Assembly (NCBI GenBank): GCA_035221665.1
Contig: CM069153.1
Location: 21,948,001-22,012,000 of the forward strand
Direction of reading: 5' to 3'
DNA from: Okamejei kenojei
Lineage: Eukaryota
DNA length: 64,000 nucleotides
Each line of letters begins with the position of its first letter. The first letter of the stretch is position 1. Positions 26,484 to 40,326 of this stretch are shown here, in pieces. Position numbers and translations under genes: made by a program. The notes under the pieces were generated by a model that did not search any database, was not told where the DNA came from, and was given only the letters and a program-made list of their open reading frames with translations.

Positions 26484-26751
26484 CTATTAAAGGTAATAAA
26501 GGATTAGATATTTAATTTAATGTAGTGACAAATAGTAAATGTTTAAGTAATTCTATCCCAAACTATATACAAATGTGTTTTTTCTTCATAAAGGCTTTCA
26601 CTTTGGAAGTAAAATAGGATCTTTCATAAAGCATATACTTTTGGAGGTACTTCACACAAAGAGTCCACACCTGTGGAGGACTTCGCCCAAACAGCCCACA
26701 CGTGGAGAACTCCACCCAAGGTGCCTACACCTGCCATCTACATATGAATTA

Positions 26752-27592
26752 AACACAAAGAGCAGGAGTAACTCAGCAGGTCAGGCAGCATCTGTGGAGG
26801 ACATCGATGGGTGATGTTTTGGATTGGGGCTCTTCTTTAGATTGACTGTAGGAGGAAGGGAAAGCTGGAAAAGTGAGATGGGAGCAGGACAAGTCATAGG
26901 TGGATAAAGGGGGTTTGAATGGCAGATGTGTGGAGTAAGTGACGAAAGCTAGAGGTGAAAAGAAGACAATGGGTGTCAGATACAGTAGAGAAAAGAAGTG
27001 TAATGCAAAGACAGATGGAGGGATATGGGTGGAGGGAGGGGGGGGAGAGGGGAGGGGGAGGGAGGGAAGGATTTGGGGTTTTGGAGAATTCCAATGTTCA
27101 TAATGTTGGGTTGTATAACTACTGATGAATACATGGAAAATCAAACAACAATTGTAATGTTCCATCCCTTACTTATGTATTAGGGGAATTCATAGAGATA
27201 TTAGGAGATGCATTGAGAAGGTTAAGGCCTCCTCCATGGCCAGAGTGAGTCCCACCGCAAAATTGGAGGAGCAGCACCTCATATTTTGCTTGGGTAGTTG
27301 ACAACCCCAGCGGTATGAACATTGACTTTCTCCAATTGCAGGTAGTCCTTGCTTTCTCCCTCCATTCCCCTCCCCTTCCCAGCTCTCTCCCACAGCCCAC
27401 TAGTCTCCACCTCTTCCTTTCTTCTTTCCCCCCCCCCACCCCCACTCCCCACATCAGTCTAAAGAAGGGTCCCGACCCGAAACATCACCTATTTCTTTGC
27501 TCCATAGATGGCGGGCCTCACTCGCTGAGTTTTCTCTCAGCACTTTTGTCTACCTTCGATTTTTCCCAGCTATCTGCAGTTCTTTGTTAAAC
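26752..27592. mobile_element. Penelope 3' ends in inverted arrangement
   Basis: Minus-orientation pLTR at 26752-27110. Plus-orientation GIY-YIG C-terminus (HRKLEEQHLIF.LGS.QP.GMNIDF) and pLTR at 27230-27592. Confidence 0.8.
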
Positions 27593-28614
27593 AAGTTTTA
27601 ATCAAAGAGGCAGCTTTTATGTAGGGTGAACTGGCTCCCTAGAACCCTCTCACCAACTAGAGATCAGCCCTGATCTCTCATCTACCCCATTGGAGACCTT
27701 TTGTACTATCTTTAATCAGACTTTACCTTGCACTCAACAGTATTACCCTTTTTTCCTGTATCTGTACACTGTGGGTGCATTTCAATGTAATCATTTATAG
27801 TCTTTTCACTGATTGGATAGCCATGCAATAAACTGTTTTTCCACTATAGCTTGGTACGTGTGACAAAACTATACTAAACTGAACTAAACTAAACTAAACT
27901 GCTCTCTGTGAGAGAGCTATTGGTGTGCAAGAAGAAATTAAATAAACCTATTAACAGCCTAAACTTGCCTCTTCGAAGATTAGGACTAAAAATTGAGTTC
28001 AGCAAAAGACAAAATGAGGAATCTTCAACCTCTGTGATGTGTTGTTTCATTCTATGCTAAGAGATTTACACAACTGCAGCCCTGCCTCAGGATATCAGCT
28101 CATGATGAACCAGAGTAAAATAATTTAATTAAGGGACCAGAATCTCACTGAGCTTTCATGTTTCATTTGGGGATCAATCAAATCCTGTTGGGTATTTCAT
28201 GGCACAATAACTAATTTGGAATCAGATTCATATGGATTTTCATCTTTGTGTTAGGATTGCCTGGAGATGACGTTTCAGGTAGGAAGCCTTGTTCAGCTGC
28301 TGTCTGACCCGCTGAGTTCCTCCAGCACTTTGGCTCAAAATTCCTGCATCTGCACTACTTTGTATCACCAACATAGGACATCAGGGGTTGATACTTTTTT
28401 GCTGCTATTGCTGGAATTATATCTTGTTTCAGGCAATGTCTGCTTCTTACCTCACTGAAATTGCTTTTGAATGCTTCACACAAAAGATTGTTTTGTAGCG
28501 GTAGAGCAATGGGAGTCATGAGTGTACAGTACTTTATTACCTCAGTGCCTACACAGGCTTGTGTTAGGTGGGGCTGAGGGATTGTCAATACCATTACTTT
28601 GCCAAGACAAAGGA

Positions 28615-28895
28615 GTTTAGTTTAGTTGTTTAGTTTATTAATACAGCATGGAAACAGGCCCTCTTGCCCACCAAGTCTGCATCGACCAGCGACCACCCAT
28701 ATCCTACACACTAGGGATAATTTACAGAAGCCAATTAACCTACGTGTCTTTGGAATGTGTGAGGAAACCAGAGCACCCGGAGAAAATCAACACGGTCACA
28801 GGGAGAATGTACAAACTTTGTTCAGATAGCACCCCCAGCCAGGATCGAACCAGTGTCCCTGGCGCTGTAAGACAGCAACACTACCACTGTGCCGC
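28615..28895 (-). mobile_element. HE1-type SINE
   Basis: Same head, core and (tttag)n-type tail as the 58893 copy. Confidence 0.85.
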
Positions 28896-29684
28896 GCTTT
28901 CCGTCACCACGTTGCATTTTTACGTATTGAGCTTCATACACTAATGCTATGGATGTAATTTGGTTTTGTAGAGCTATGACTTTCAAATAATGTAATTAAT
29001 ATTCGTATTTCCCCGTTTGTTAATGCAGAATCTAAACAGCCTTGTTGATCAGATTAGAGTGTCATCCAGTTTTATAACTGTTAGACAAATCAACGTCACC
29101 ACTAAGTGGCGAGTCAGGGTAACAGCATCTCCAGGTACAGTTATAACACTGGCTTGTAAAATGTTAATTACATCACAGATTAAGAAAAAAAGAATAAGAA
29201 AAGAAGTCAAAAGAGGGAGGACCTTATTGAAACTTCCTGAATGGTGAAAGGCCTGGCTGGATAGAGTGAATATGGAGAGGATATTTCCACTGGTGAGCGA
29301 GTCTAGGAATATCAGCGATAATGGGAAATAGGAAGGAAATTGAAGCAAAGGTCGACAACATATGTCATCATTTTATTGAAGAAACAAAGAATTGCAGATG
29401 CTGGTTTATACCACAGATAGACACAAAGTGCTGGAGTAACTCAACGGATCAGGCAGCATCTCTGGTGAAAATCTCTTGTCGGGACCCTTCTTCCGACTCA
29501 ATCAATTTATTGGATATTGGAATGAAATTGAGATTAAATATCAGATAGGAATAAAATCGAGAAGCCAATATGGTCTACTCTGCTTCTAATGTTCACAGTG
29601 TCTCCCGTCAATCACCCTTTGGAATCTATAATGGAGCATGAAACACAAATATGTTCATAATGATGGTGACAACAAATTATGTAC

Positions 29685-29837
29685 CTGCTTTCGAGAGTCC
29701 AAACCTTTCTCGAATCTCCTCTAATTTGGTCACCACATTTTCTCTGGCTTTCGCAATGTCCTTCATCGCAGCTGAGATTTTCCAGAGCAATCGGAACCGT
29801 TTGAGAAGATGTCCAAAAGTTCGTTTGCAGTTTTAGA
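29685..29837 (-). CDS. PIK3R5: PIK3R5 coding exon (~8), frameshifted
   Basis: SKTANELLDIFSN.../ISAAMKDIAKARENVVTKLEEIRERFGLSKA versus human AKTLAELEDIF...AAEARRWLRTKLQAVGEKAG. Splice sites ttattttcag / gtacat. Confidence 0.85.
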
Positions 29838-30770
29838 CTGAAAATAAACACAAGACGGTTTCATGTAAAATGAGTTTGAAGATTTTAATTATTGCTAGTA
29901 ATTTTAAATATTTATAATTATTTATTAACCATCTGACTGGTTACATGGATGTAAAAAAAAAATCAATGATACTTACTTTTTTTAATAGATATCCTAAAGA
30001 CAACACCAATGTTTATTAAATAAACTATGTACTACAGACGCCTGCGATGTACTTTAAAGTAAAAACAAATCCATTGCAGTAAGTCAGGCCGTTATGGATT
30101 AAGTCCGTCAGCTGTATCATGAAAAATCCCCAAATCTTTTTTTTCGTATTGGATGTAGATGGGCTCATATTTAGGATATCATTCCATGTTTTTCTTTTTA
30201 AAAAAAACGAGACGCATTGAATGTCCAACAAATAATGGACACATTCTTCCTGAACTTGCACCATTTTCTAGAAACAAGGAACGTCAGATGCTAGTTTTCC
30301 ATAGAAGGACACAAAATGCTGGAGGAACTCAACCGGTCAGGTAGAATCACTGGATAGGTGGACTTTTTCGGTCGAGACCCAAAATGTCTACTTAGCCAAT
30401 GTTCTCCAGGGATGCTGCCTGACTCACTGAGTTATTCCAGACATTTTTCTTTATATTGTTCGTATTTCAAATCTTTCATCACCTACGATATTTTGTTTTG
30501 TAAAGGATGATAGAAGGGGCCTCATTCAGTTGCCTGCCTCTTTTTTCTGTACCAATATTCATTTTTGATTTATTCTATCTACAGGCGTGCTGTCTTCCTT
30601 TGACATGAACCTGTCTTGTATTATCCTCAGCGCTGACGACTGTACAGACTGAGTCATTATGATTGCATTATTTAAAGCTGTGTTTCTCAAGGATTTTATT
30701 AAAATCACCATCATCACATAATGGAATTATTTCACATTTATTCATTCCTATTAACAGGAAGCCTCTTTAC

Positions 30771-30947
30771 CTCAAGGGCACTTTGAATATCATTCAAATT
30801 GTACTTCACACCAAAGGCCGCCTGGTACATGTGCTTAATCAGAGTGACGTGAGAATCTCTCACGGGCTCGCACTTGCCCGCTCATCTTCTCAGCCACTGA
30901 TATAAAGTTGTTGGATACTTTCAGAGGAATTAAGCAAAAGCACAGTT
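30771..30947 (-). CDS. PIK3R5: PIK3R5 coding exon (~7), with two apparent 1-nt insertions
   Basis: TVLLLNSSE/VSNNFISVAEKMS/GKCEPVRDSHVTLIKHMYQAAFGVKYNLNDIQSALE after removing one extra A and one extra G in short homopolymers. Splice sites ctcctgcag / gtaaag. Length is 177 nt where the phase requires 3n+1. Confidence 0.9.
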
Positions 30948-31689
30948 CTGCAGGAGAGGGGTAAAACACATGAAAGGTCGTGAACACACATTCGATTGTC
31001 AGTACGTACGGTCAAGGATATGAAGAACAAAAGTTGTCTTTCTTTCTGACATTTAATCTAATTTCCCCAGAAGTTTTTATACATAAGTAAAAGTTGTAAA
31101 CATCTTGGACCTGTCGGCTGTGGGCAGGGTGAGACAAGGGGCCAGGTTTCCCGTTATTTCTCCAACTAATTACTATTCCAATTCCAGCTTAGTCCATACT
31201 AAGCCGGAGGAGGTAGTTAAGGTTATCACAATGTTCAAGAAACATTTGGACAGTTACATGGATAGGACAGGTTTCGAGGGACATGGGCCTAACTCAGTGT
31301 TCAAGAAGAACTGCAGATGCTGGAAAATCGAAGGTAGGAACAAAAATGCTGAAGAAACCTCAGCGGGTGCGGCAGCATCTATGGAGCGAAGGAAATAGGC
31401 AACGTTTCGGGCCAAAATTGGGCCTAACTCAGGCAGGTGGAACTAGTAATAGATGGGCCATGTTGGTCAGCATGGGCAAATTGGGCCAAAGGGCCTGTTT
31501 CCTCGCTGTATGACTCTATGAGAATAGATTCTGAGCCAGTTGTGAAATCATAACGTACGTTATTAAGGCAGTGTTGAGCCGGACACAGCTCTACACAGTT
31601 CAACTCAGAGACGTTATGCTCATGAAGTAAAAAAATTCAGACCAAGTAGAAAGTAATGAAAACTTAATGCACGTTATTTTTAGTTGTTT

Positions 31690-31985
31690 TGGTTTTAGAG
31701 ATACAGCGCGAAAGAAGGCCCTTCGGCCCACCGAGTCCAACCTGCCAACCAGCGATCATCCGCAAAACTATTCAATCTTACACCACACAAAGGACAATCC
31801 ACAGAAGCCAATTAAGTTTCAAAGCTACACCTCTTTGGAGTGTGGGAGGAAAGTGGAGAAAACCCATGCAGTTGCAGTAAGAATGTCCAAAGTCCCGAAC
31901 AGACAGCACCTGTAGTTAGGATTGAACCCGGGACTTTGGTGCTGAAAATGCAGAATCTCTGCCACTGTGCCACTGTGTCGCCCTA
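31690..31985 (-). mobile_element. HE1-type SINE
   Basis: gggcgacacagtggcacagtggcag head and cgggttcaatcc B box on the reverse strand. Confidence 0.8.
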
Positions 31986-32859
31986 ATTGTTAGTGTTTGG
32001 GGAAGATTAAAGAGTCGTAGAGTTATACAGCACAGAAACAGACTCATCAGACCAACTCATCCATACTGATCATGATGCCTCATTTAAGATAGTCCCATTT
32101 GCCTAAGTTTGGCAATTAATGTTTAACCTGAGACAGAATATCTGGAACAGGGAATTAATTACTACTCCTGAGGATCTGTATCTTCTATTTTCTTTAATTG
32201 AATTTAGAGATACAGCATGGAAACAGGTCCTTTGTCCATGCCGACCATCGACACTCACACTAGTTCTACGATATCCCACTTCTGTATTCTCACCATACAC
32301 ACTAGGGGTAAATTTACTGAAGCCAATTAACCCACAAACCTGCACGTCTTTGGGATGTGGCCGTCAACTGGAACCCCTGAAGGAAACCCACAGTGAGAAC
32401 GTGCAAACTCCACACAGACAGCACCTGAGGACAGGATCAAACCTGAATCTCTGGGACTGTGAGGCAGCAGTGCCTAAGTGCCACCCTTGAAGTGGCAATG
32501 AGAAGACCTGTTCTTCACAAAAAAATTACAATTAAATGTAGAAATCTATTATTTAACTGTTACTTCTTAACTGGCCCTTTTTCTTTGTGTTTGTGCGTAC
32601 TTGAGTTAACGGATGTTTGTGAAGTTTTAGTAAGAAGTACACAGGCTGGAGATTCTGGCAGTGTTAAGGTAGAGCTGTGTAGCAGGCAGCCAATGTGGAG
32701 CTACGGAAAAGGCCTGGGTGGGAATGGTGTTGTGGAATGAGATGGATCAACACTATCTGTTGTCAGGGCTCTGGAGAGGGGGGCATGAGCAAAGGGTACC
32801 CAAAGGATCTGGAGTCGAGGAGGGCCGTCAGGTCTGTAAACTACAATACGGTAAGAACA

Positions 32860-33375
32860 TGTTGCAGTTATACAAGATGTTGGTGAGGCCACATTTAAAG
32901 TGGTGAGTTCAGTTCTAGGCACCATGTTGTAGGAAAGATGTTGTCAAGCTGGAAAGGGTGCAAAGAAGATCTACGAGGATGTTGCCAGGACTCGAGGGCC
33001 TGAGTTAAGGGAGAGGGTTGAGCAGGCTAAGACTTTCTTCCTTGGAGCGCAGGAGGGTGAGGGGTGATCTTATCCAGGTGTCTAAAATCATGAGAGGAAT
33101 AGATCAGCAACTCTGTCTCTTGCACCGAGTAGGGGAATCAAGAACCAGAGGGCATAGGTTTAAGGTGAGGGAGGAGAGATTTAATAGGAACCTGAGGGCT
33201 AGCCTTTCCACACAAAAGGGCGGGTGGAATGTATGAAACAAGCTGCCGGGTAGTTGGGGCATGTACATGGATAGGACAGGTTTAGAGGGATATGGGTCAA
33301 ATGCAGGTCGGTGGGACATGTTGGTCAGTGGGACAAGTTGGGCCAAGTGACCCATTTTCCACGCTGTAAATGACA
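32860..33375 (+). mobile_element. CR1 LINE 3' fragment
   Basis: LYKMLVRPHL...SLERRRVRGDLIQVSKIMRGID...SRTRGHRFKV motifs. Confidence 0.85.
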
Positions 33376-33911
33376 CTACGAGTAATACTCTAACAGGAAA
33401 TTGGGCATTGTGTGTGGCTCAGAGAGTCAGATTTTCTGGTGCATTTCGATAAAGTTAGTAGTGTTGTCAAATGGAGCTGCAATATGATTTAACTTAAGCG
33501 AATAACTGAAGATTCTTAGCAGGTCATGCAGCATCTGTGGAGAGAAAAACAGTGCTAACAATTGTAGGTCCAAGACCATTGATCAGAACCAGATGTAAGG
33601 ACCTTACATTGGCCTGCAACTAACTCTGCTCCTTTCTCCACAGATGCTGTCCGATCATAAGATCAGAAGACTTAGGGGCAGGAATTATGCCATTCAGCCC
33701 ATTCAGTGAGTTTCCTCATCCCTTCGATCATGGTTGATCTGTTTGTTCCCTCTCAACCCCATTCTCTTGCCTTCTCCCCATAGCACCATTACTAACTCAC
33801 CATTTTAATAATACCCAACAATCTACTGAGTATTTACAGCATTTTCTGCTTTTATTCCAGCAAATGCAATATTTTACTGTTCAGTGATAAATGACTTTCA
33901 ACATTCCCAGT

Positions 33912-34414
33912 AGTTTTTAGTTTTAGAGATCGAATGTGGAAACAGGCCCTTCACCCCACTGAGTCCACACTGACCACGAACACCCCCATACACTAGTTAT
34001 ATCCTACGCACGAAGGACAATGTAAACAAGCCAATTAACCTACAAACCTGGACGTCTTCAGAATGTGAGAGGAAACTAGAGCACCCGGAGAAAGCCCACG
34101 CGATCACGGGGAGAACTTTCAGAGGGCGTGGGATGGCAGGTTCTCTGGATGCTTTCAAGAGAGAGCTGGATAGGGCTCTTAAAGATAGCGGAGTCAGGGG
34201 ATATGGGGAAAAGGCAGCAACTGGGTACTGATTGGGGATGTTCAGCCATGATCGCATTGAATGGCGGTGCTGGCTCGAAGGGCCGAATGGTCTACTCCTG
34301 CACCTATTGTCTATTGTACAAACTCCGTACAGACAGTGCCTATAGTCAGGATTGAACTTGGGTCTCTGGAGCTGTAAGGGAGCAACTCTACCGCTGCGCC
34401 ACTGTGCTGCCCTT
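33912..34414 (-). mobile_element. HE1 SINE interrupted by a plus-strand CR1 3' tail (~34117-34316)
   Basis: SINE sequence gggagaac|gtacaaactcc is split by a CR1 3' end ending cacctattgtctatt. Confidence 0.8.
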
Positions 34415-35266
34415 TCATTCTACAAAGCTCTTGCCTGAATACTAAGGTTCACCCGTGCTATCTGCAAGACATTAAACTGTTCCAAACATTTCTAGAATGT
34501 GATTTTTTCAAGCAAATAATGTATGATCAAGTTTAAAAGAAAGCACCTTGAATGAAAATAATATTCAATAACTGAAGCTACACAAAAATCCACTGGAAAA
34601 GCAAATATTTCACATAAAGCACCAAAGGTTTCATTAATCAAATTGACTGGGTTGTAAAATATACTTTTCCAAATACAGAGGGACACCATTTTTTTTTCCA
34701 AAGCACTTGCTATGCATTTAATAAGAATAAAGTGTATCCCTGCCAGTAGGTGGCAGAATTGGGACAGTAATATCTCCACAAAGGCCTAATTTTAACTGCT
34801 CAATACTACAGTTTTCTCCAATTACCACAATTATATTATTAGATGCAGGATCTGGAATTGAAACATCGATATCTTCACTCTATCTTCACAGATGTCACCC
34901 GACGCAAATGAGTTAGGACAGACAACATAAAACAGTAAACCACAAAACAGGCCCTTCGGCCCACACTGTTTGTGCCGAACATATGCAAGTTAAACTGATC
35001 TCATCTATCTGTCCATGATCCATATCCCTCAATTCTTTGCCCTTCCATTTGCCTATCTGAAAATCTCTTAAACGCCATCATGGTATCTGCCTCCACCATC
35101 ACACCCAGGCAATGCGTTGCAGGCCCCCCACCACTCCCTGTGTAAAAAAAAAAGCCTCATACATCTCCAGTAAAATTTCCTTCTCTTAACCGTATAGCCG
35201 TGTCCTCTAGTGTTGAACATTTCACCCTGCGGGGAAAACGTTCCAACTGTCTACCTGTCTGTGCCT

Positions 35267-36456
35267 CATAGAAAACATAGAACATAGAAATTAGGTTGCA
35301 GGAGTAGGCCATTCAGTTCGAGCCTGCACCGCCATTCAATACGATCATGGCTGATCATCCAACTCAGTATCCCGTACCTGCCTTCTCTCCATACCCTCTG
35401 ATCCCCTTAGCCACAAGGGCCACATCCAACTCACTCTTAAATATAGCCAATGAACTGGCCTCAACTACCCTCTGTGGCAGAGAGTTCCAGAGACTCACCA
35501 CTCTCTGTGTGAAGAAAGTCTTTCTCATCTCGGTCTTAAGGATTTCCCCCTTATCCTTAAGCTGTGACCCCTTGTCCTGGACTTCCCCAACATCGGGAAC
35601 AATCTTCCTGCATCTAGCCTGTCCAACCCCTTAAGAATTTTGTAAGTTTCTATAAGATCCCCTCTTAATCTCCTAAATTCCAGAGAGTATAAACCGAGTC
35701 TATCCAGTCTTTCTTCATAAGACAGTCCTGACATCCCAGGAATCAGTCTGGTGAACCTTCTCTGCACTCCCTCTATGGCAATAATGTCCTTCCTCAGATT
35801 TGGAGACCAAAACTGCACGCAATACTCCAGGTGTGGTCTCACCAAGACCCTGTACAACTGAAGTAAACCTCCCTGCTCCTGTACTCAAATCCTTTTGCTA
35901 TGAAAGCTAACATACCATTCGCTTTTTTTCACTGCCTGCTGCACCTGCATGCCTACTTTCAATGACTGGTGTACCATGACACCCAGGTCTCGCTGCATCT
36001 CCCCTTTTTCCTAATCGGCCACCATTTAAATAATAGTCTGCTTTCCTTTTTTGCCACCAAAGTGGATAACCTCACATTTATCCACATTATACTGCATCTG
36101 CCAAACATTTGCCCACTCACTCCCAGCCTATCCAAGTCACCTTGCAGTCTCCTAGCATCCTCCTCACAGCGAACACTGCCCCCCAGCTTAGTGTCATCCG
36201 CAAACTTGGAGATATTGCCTTCAATTCCCCTCATCCAGATCATTAATATATTTGTAAATAGCTGGGGTCCCAGCACTGAGCCCTGCGGTACCCCACTAGT
36301 TACTGCCTGCCATTGTGAAAAGGACCGTTTACTCCTACTCTTTGCTTCCTGTTTGCCAGCCAGTTCTCTATCCACATCAATACTGAACCCTAAACCGTAT
36401 GCTTTAAGTTTGTATACTAATCTCTTATGTGGGACCTTGTCGAAAGCCTTCTGGAA
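35267..36456 (-). mobile_element. CR1 LINE, 5'-truncated, young; inserted in an older CR1 fragment
   Basis: SGVPQGSVLGPQLF, ISKFADDTKLGG and RPHLEYCVQFWSP motifs. (TTTCTATG)-type tail at 35267-35290. Confidence 0.95.
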
Positions 36457-36572
36457 TCCTCATAATTTTTATATACTTCACTCAAGTCTCCCCTCAACCT
36501 CTGACGTTCCAGGGAAAACAAGACATATACACAGACATTTTCAGTACTTTTTATATATCATTTGGCCCTTAC

Positions 36573-36642
36573 ATGGTTTTGTTTTGAAGATTTTTGGTTG
36601 TTAATCCTTGTTCAGCTCTCACCAACCTCTGGAATGAGATTC
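36573..36642 (-). CDS. PIK3R5: PIK3R5 coding exon (~6)
   Basis: (G)ISFQRLVRAEQGLTTKNLQNKT versus human GISYQRLVRAEQGL. Splice sites cccttag / gtaagg, 70 nt, phase 1-2. Confidence 0.95.
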
Positions 36643-37228
36643 CTAAGGGTGAAATAGTCTAATTACTACGTTAAATTTAACAGGCAAATTAAACCTTCAA
36701 TGTAAAATTGTTGTCAATGGGTAAACAAATAACATTGTTTTAGAAAGAATGAATGAAGAACATGAAACATCAAGTGTAGCAATTCATTCTCAAGTATACA
36801 TTCAGGAGACCAGTTCCCCTTGACCAGTAAAACAAATTAATCAAATTTCTAAAATTTTCCCAGACCTGAAATAGAACTTTCAGTTCTTTGATAGACACAA
36901 AAAGCTGGAGTAACTCATCGGGTCAGGCAGCATCTCTGGAGAAATGGATAGGTGACATTTCAGGTCGGGACCCTTCTTCAGACACGTAGCTGTCCACCCT
37001 ATCTACGCTGCTCACAATTTTACATATTTCCATCGTCTCCCCATAACCTCTGACGCTCTGGGGAAAACAACCCAAGTTTGTCCATAGCCTCAGAATAAAA
37101 GGACACATCTTTAGAAAGGAGATGAGGAGGAATTTTTTTGGTCAGAGGTTGGTGAATCTGTGGAATTCATTGCAACAGAAGGCTGAGGAGGCCAGGTCAA
37201 TGGATATCGGTAGATTCTTGATTAGTAA

Positions 37229-37453
37229 AGGGCCTGTCCCACTTGGGCGTCATTTGCGCATCACGCAGATGGCGCGCAAAGATTTTGTACATCCCAAAAT
37301 CCTGGAGCACCGCGCCTCACTGCCTACGTCACCACACACCATGCGTGCGTAATGCGCACCACTCGCTCACCATGACAAGCGCGTCGTGCGTCGTGACGTG
37401 TAAATGATGTCGTGTAAATTATGCGCAAATGACGCCCAAGTGGGACAGGTCCT
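37229..37453. mobile_element. PIF/Harbinger-type MITE, CpG-rich, with TAA target duplication
   Basis: TIRs AGGGCCTGTCCCACTTGGGCGTCATTTGCGCAT / ATGCGCAAATGACGCCCAAGTGGGACAGGTCCT, flanked by TAA...TAA. Interrupts a CR1 3' end (ttgattagtaa|gggtgtc). Confidence 0.88.
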
Positions 37454-38149
37454 TAAGGGTGTCAGCGGTTATGGGGTGAAGGCAGGAGAATGGGATTGAG
37501 AGGGAAAGTTAGATGATTGAATGGTGGAGTAGATTTGATGGGCCAAATGGCCTAATTCTGCTCCTAAACTTATGAACATAAATTCTCCTTATAACTAACA
37601 CAACCCTTAGCAGCAGAAGCCAAGCTGCAAATGATTGTTTTTAAATGACTTTGGCATTCAGAAATAACAACAAAGTTAACTAAAAACACTAAATAACACA
37701 TCATCAAAATAATTGAAATGAAACTATTTTTCAAGCAAAATTAATTTCCCCTCTGTCTTCTAAATAAAAGTTTCACGATCCCATTGAAATCAATGAGTTG
37801 TGGATTCTTCCTCAACTCTACTGAGGTGCAGGGTCTTGGAGGAGATTTCCCAGTGTTAATGGTGGGAATTAAAGCAAGACTGGGATCCTTCAATGGTTCC
37901 AAAATAGAATACATTCAGGGAGAAGTTGACAGACGTAGCCTTTGGGAAAGAACAGGGAATACGATTAATAGTATAAGGTCCTTCAAAGGGCCAGAAGGGA
38001 CATGATGGGCTGAAGGGCCTTCTTCTGCAGTGTAAAACTCATTGAATGCCAAGAAAGTAAGTCGTCCTAAAACATCTTCCCAGTCCTAATGACTATTGCA
38101 CAAAGTATTCCAGGATATCGATTTCAACTTGATCATTTAGGTTAAAATC

Positions 38150-38435
38150 ATTTGGTTTTGAGATAGAGTGGGGAAACAGGCCCTTTCAGCTACCGAGACC
38201 CTGCTGACCAGAGGTCACCCGTATACTAGTTCTATCCTACACACAAGGGATAATTTACAGAAACCAATTAACCTACAAAACCACATGTCTGGAATGTGGG
38301 AGGAAACTGGAGCACCTAGCGAAAACCCCTGCGGTCACTGGGAGAACGTACAAAGTAGCACCCGTAGTCAGGATCGAACCTGGGTCTCTGGTGCTGTAAG
38401 GCAGCAACTATACCGCTGCGCCATTGTTCTGCCGT
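38150..38435 (-). mobile_element. HE1-type SINE
   Basis: Reverse strand tggcgcagcggtatagttgctgccttacagc...caggttcgatcc. Confidence 0.85.
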
Positions 38436-40326
38436 GCACAATTAAGGGACCCCTCACTTGTATCCACCTATCACTTGCCAGGCTTTGGCCCACCCCATTG
38501 CTCTTCTAGTTTTTTGCCTCCTGCAACAATGAGCCTGAATATAAGTCCCAACTTGAAACATCACCTATCCATATCCAACAGAGACGTTGCCTGACCCACT
38601 GAGTTACTCCAGCACTGTGTGCCTTGTTTTGGTATACCAGCATCTGCAGTTCCTGTGTCTACATTAGGGAGTTGTGTGTTGCATTCCCCTACAGCGATAT
38701 CAGAAAGACATAAAGGACTATACAAATGGAAGGGTTCCATTGATGGAAAAAGTTCAAATTTGTTTGAAAAAAACCCTCAAAATTCCCCTAAAAAATACCA
38801 CGTTGTTTTGTTGCTTGATGAAGATTATGTGCACACTCAGACTACTAATACTGGGAGATTTTCACTTCTGCTTCCTACTATAAGCATTTAAATTATAATT
38901 ATTATTGAATTACATTTGGGAGCAAAATGAAGAGGAGATGTCAGTTTATTGGGGTACATTCTTGCTACAATCAGAACATATTTTGTAGATAAAAGGTGCC
39001 AGCACCCACGCACCCTTAAATGATCAATTAAAAATTAAGCTGCATTTATCAATAATTGTTTTTCCATCAATATACCCTTCTCCATTCTTGATGTTGAGAC
39101 CATTCAATTTCTAATTTAATAAGCTAATGATTTAAAAGTATAAAGATATATAAAATTTGAATAATTGGAAAAGCTAGTTTTAAACATTTTAGAAGTGCTG
39201 ACACGCGTATAAATGTATACAGTCACAGAAAAAGTACAACTTTGCCTGCAACAAGCAAGGGGATGAGGAGGGTAATTGGGATGGGAAAGGCCATTAAGGA
39301 GGCAGATAAGGTGATAAGTTGATAAGTTGATAAGTTATAGGAGCAGAATTAGGCCATTCAGCCTATCGAGTCTACACCGTCATTCAATCATGGCTGATCT
39401 ATCTTTCCCTCTCAACCCCAATCTCCTGCCTTCTCCCATAACAGTTGACACCCATACTAATCAAATATTTGTCAATCTCCCAATTAATTAAAAATACCCA
39501 ATTACAAATCCTCCACCGCCGCCTGTGGCAATGAATTCCACAGAATCATCACCGTCTGCCTAAAGAAATTGCTCATAATTTCCTTTCTGAAGGTACATCT
39601 GAAGAACTTCCAAAATCACAAAGTGCATCATTGAAATTAAGTTGCCTTAAAGTGCCATCATCTTTCCACTCCCCTTCCTCCTTTGTTTCCATCGGCCGAT
39701 CCTCCTCCCCCATTATCAGGTTCCCCTATCACCAATCAGCCTCTGTCTCGCCCCTCTCTTTCACTTCTTTGTTCTGGCTATCTTTGTGGACAGTTTCCTC
39801 CCAGCTGTTATCAGGCAACTGAACAATCGTACCAACAACTAAAGCTGAGAGCAGTCCTGAGCTCCTAGGTAACTCACTGGAGACCCTCGGACTATCTTTG
39901 ATCGGACTTTACAGGACTGTATGTTTAATTAACGTTATTCACTTTATCATGCATCTGTACACTGTGGATGGCTCGATTGTTAACATGTATTATCTTTTCG
40001 ATGACTGGTTAGCATGCAAGAAAAAATGTTCATTGTACCTCGGGTACACATGACAGTAAACCCAAAACTCAAACTCTTTCCTCTGCACCCTCAGTCTTAA
40101 TACAGAGTCTCCACCCAAACAGTTTACCCATTCCTTGCCTCCTCAAATGCTGCTTGACCCACTGTCCTCTTCCAGCGGTTTCTTTTTCTGCTCCAGGTTC
40201 CAGCATCTGCAGTCTCTTGCAGCTCCATAGGGAACTATTCTCCTGCCTAGTGCATATTATAGCCCACCAAATAATCAAAGGAAGAGAGTGGAGAACATTT
40301 TCAAGTATACTTTCCCAGTGATGACA

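Noticed and set aside
34492-34779. ORF containing NPVNLINETFGALCEIF, superficially like p101 QATFGAHCD
   Set aside because: The true exon with better similarity and correct splice phase is at 30771-30947, so this is a coincidence.
35969-36604. 211-aa plus-strand ORF (and 41173-41613)
   Set aside because: Antisense reading of CR1 reverse transcriptase.
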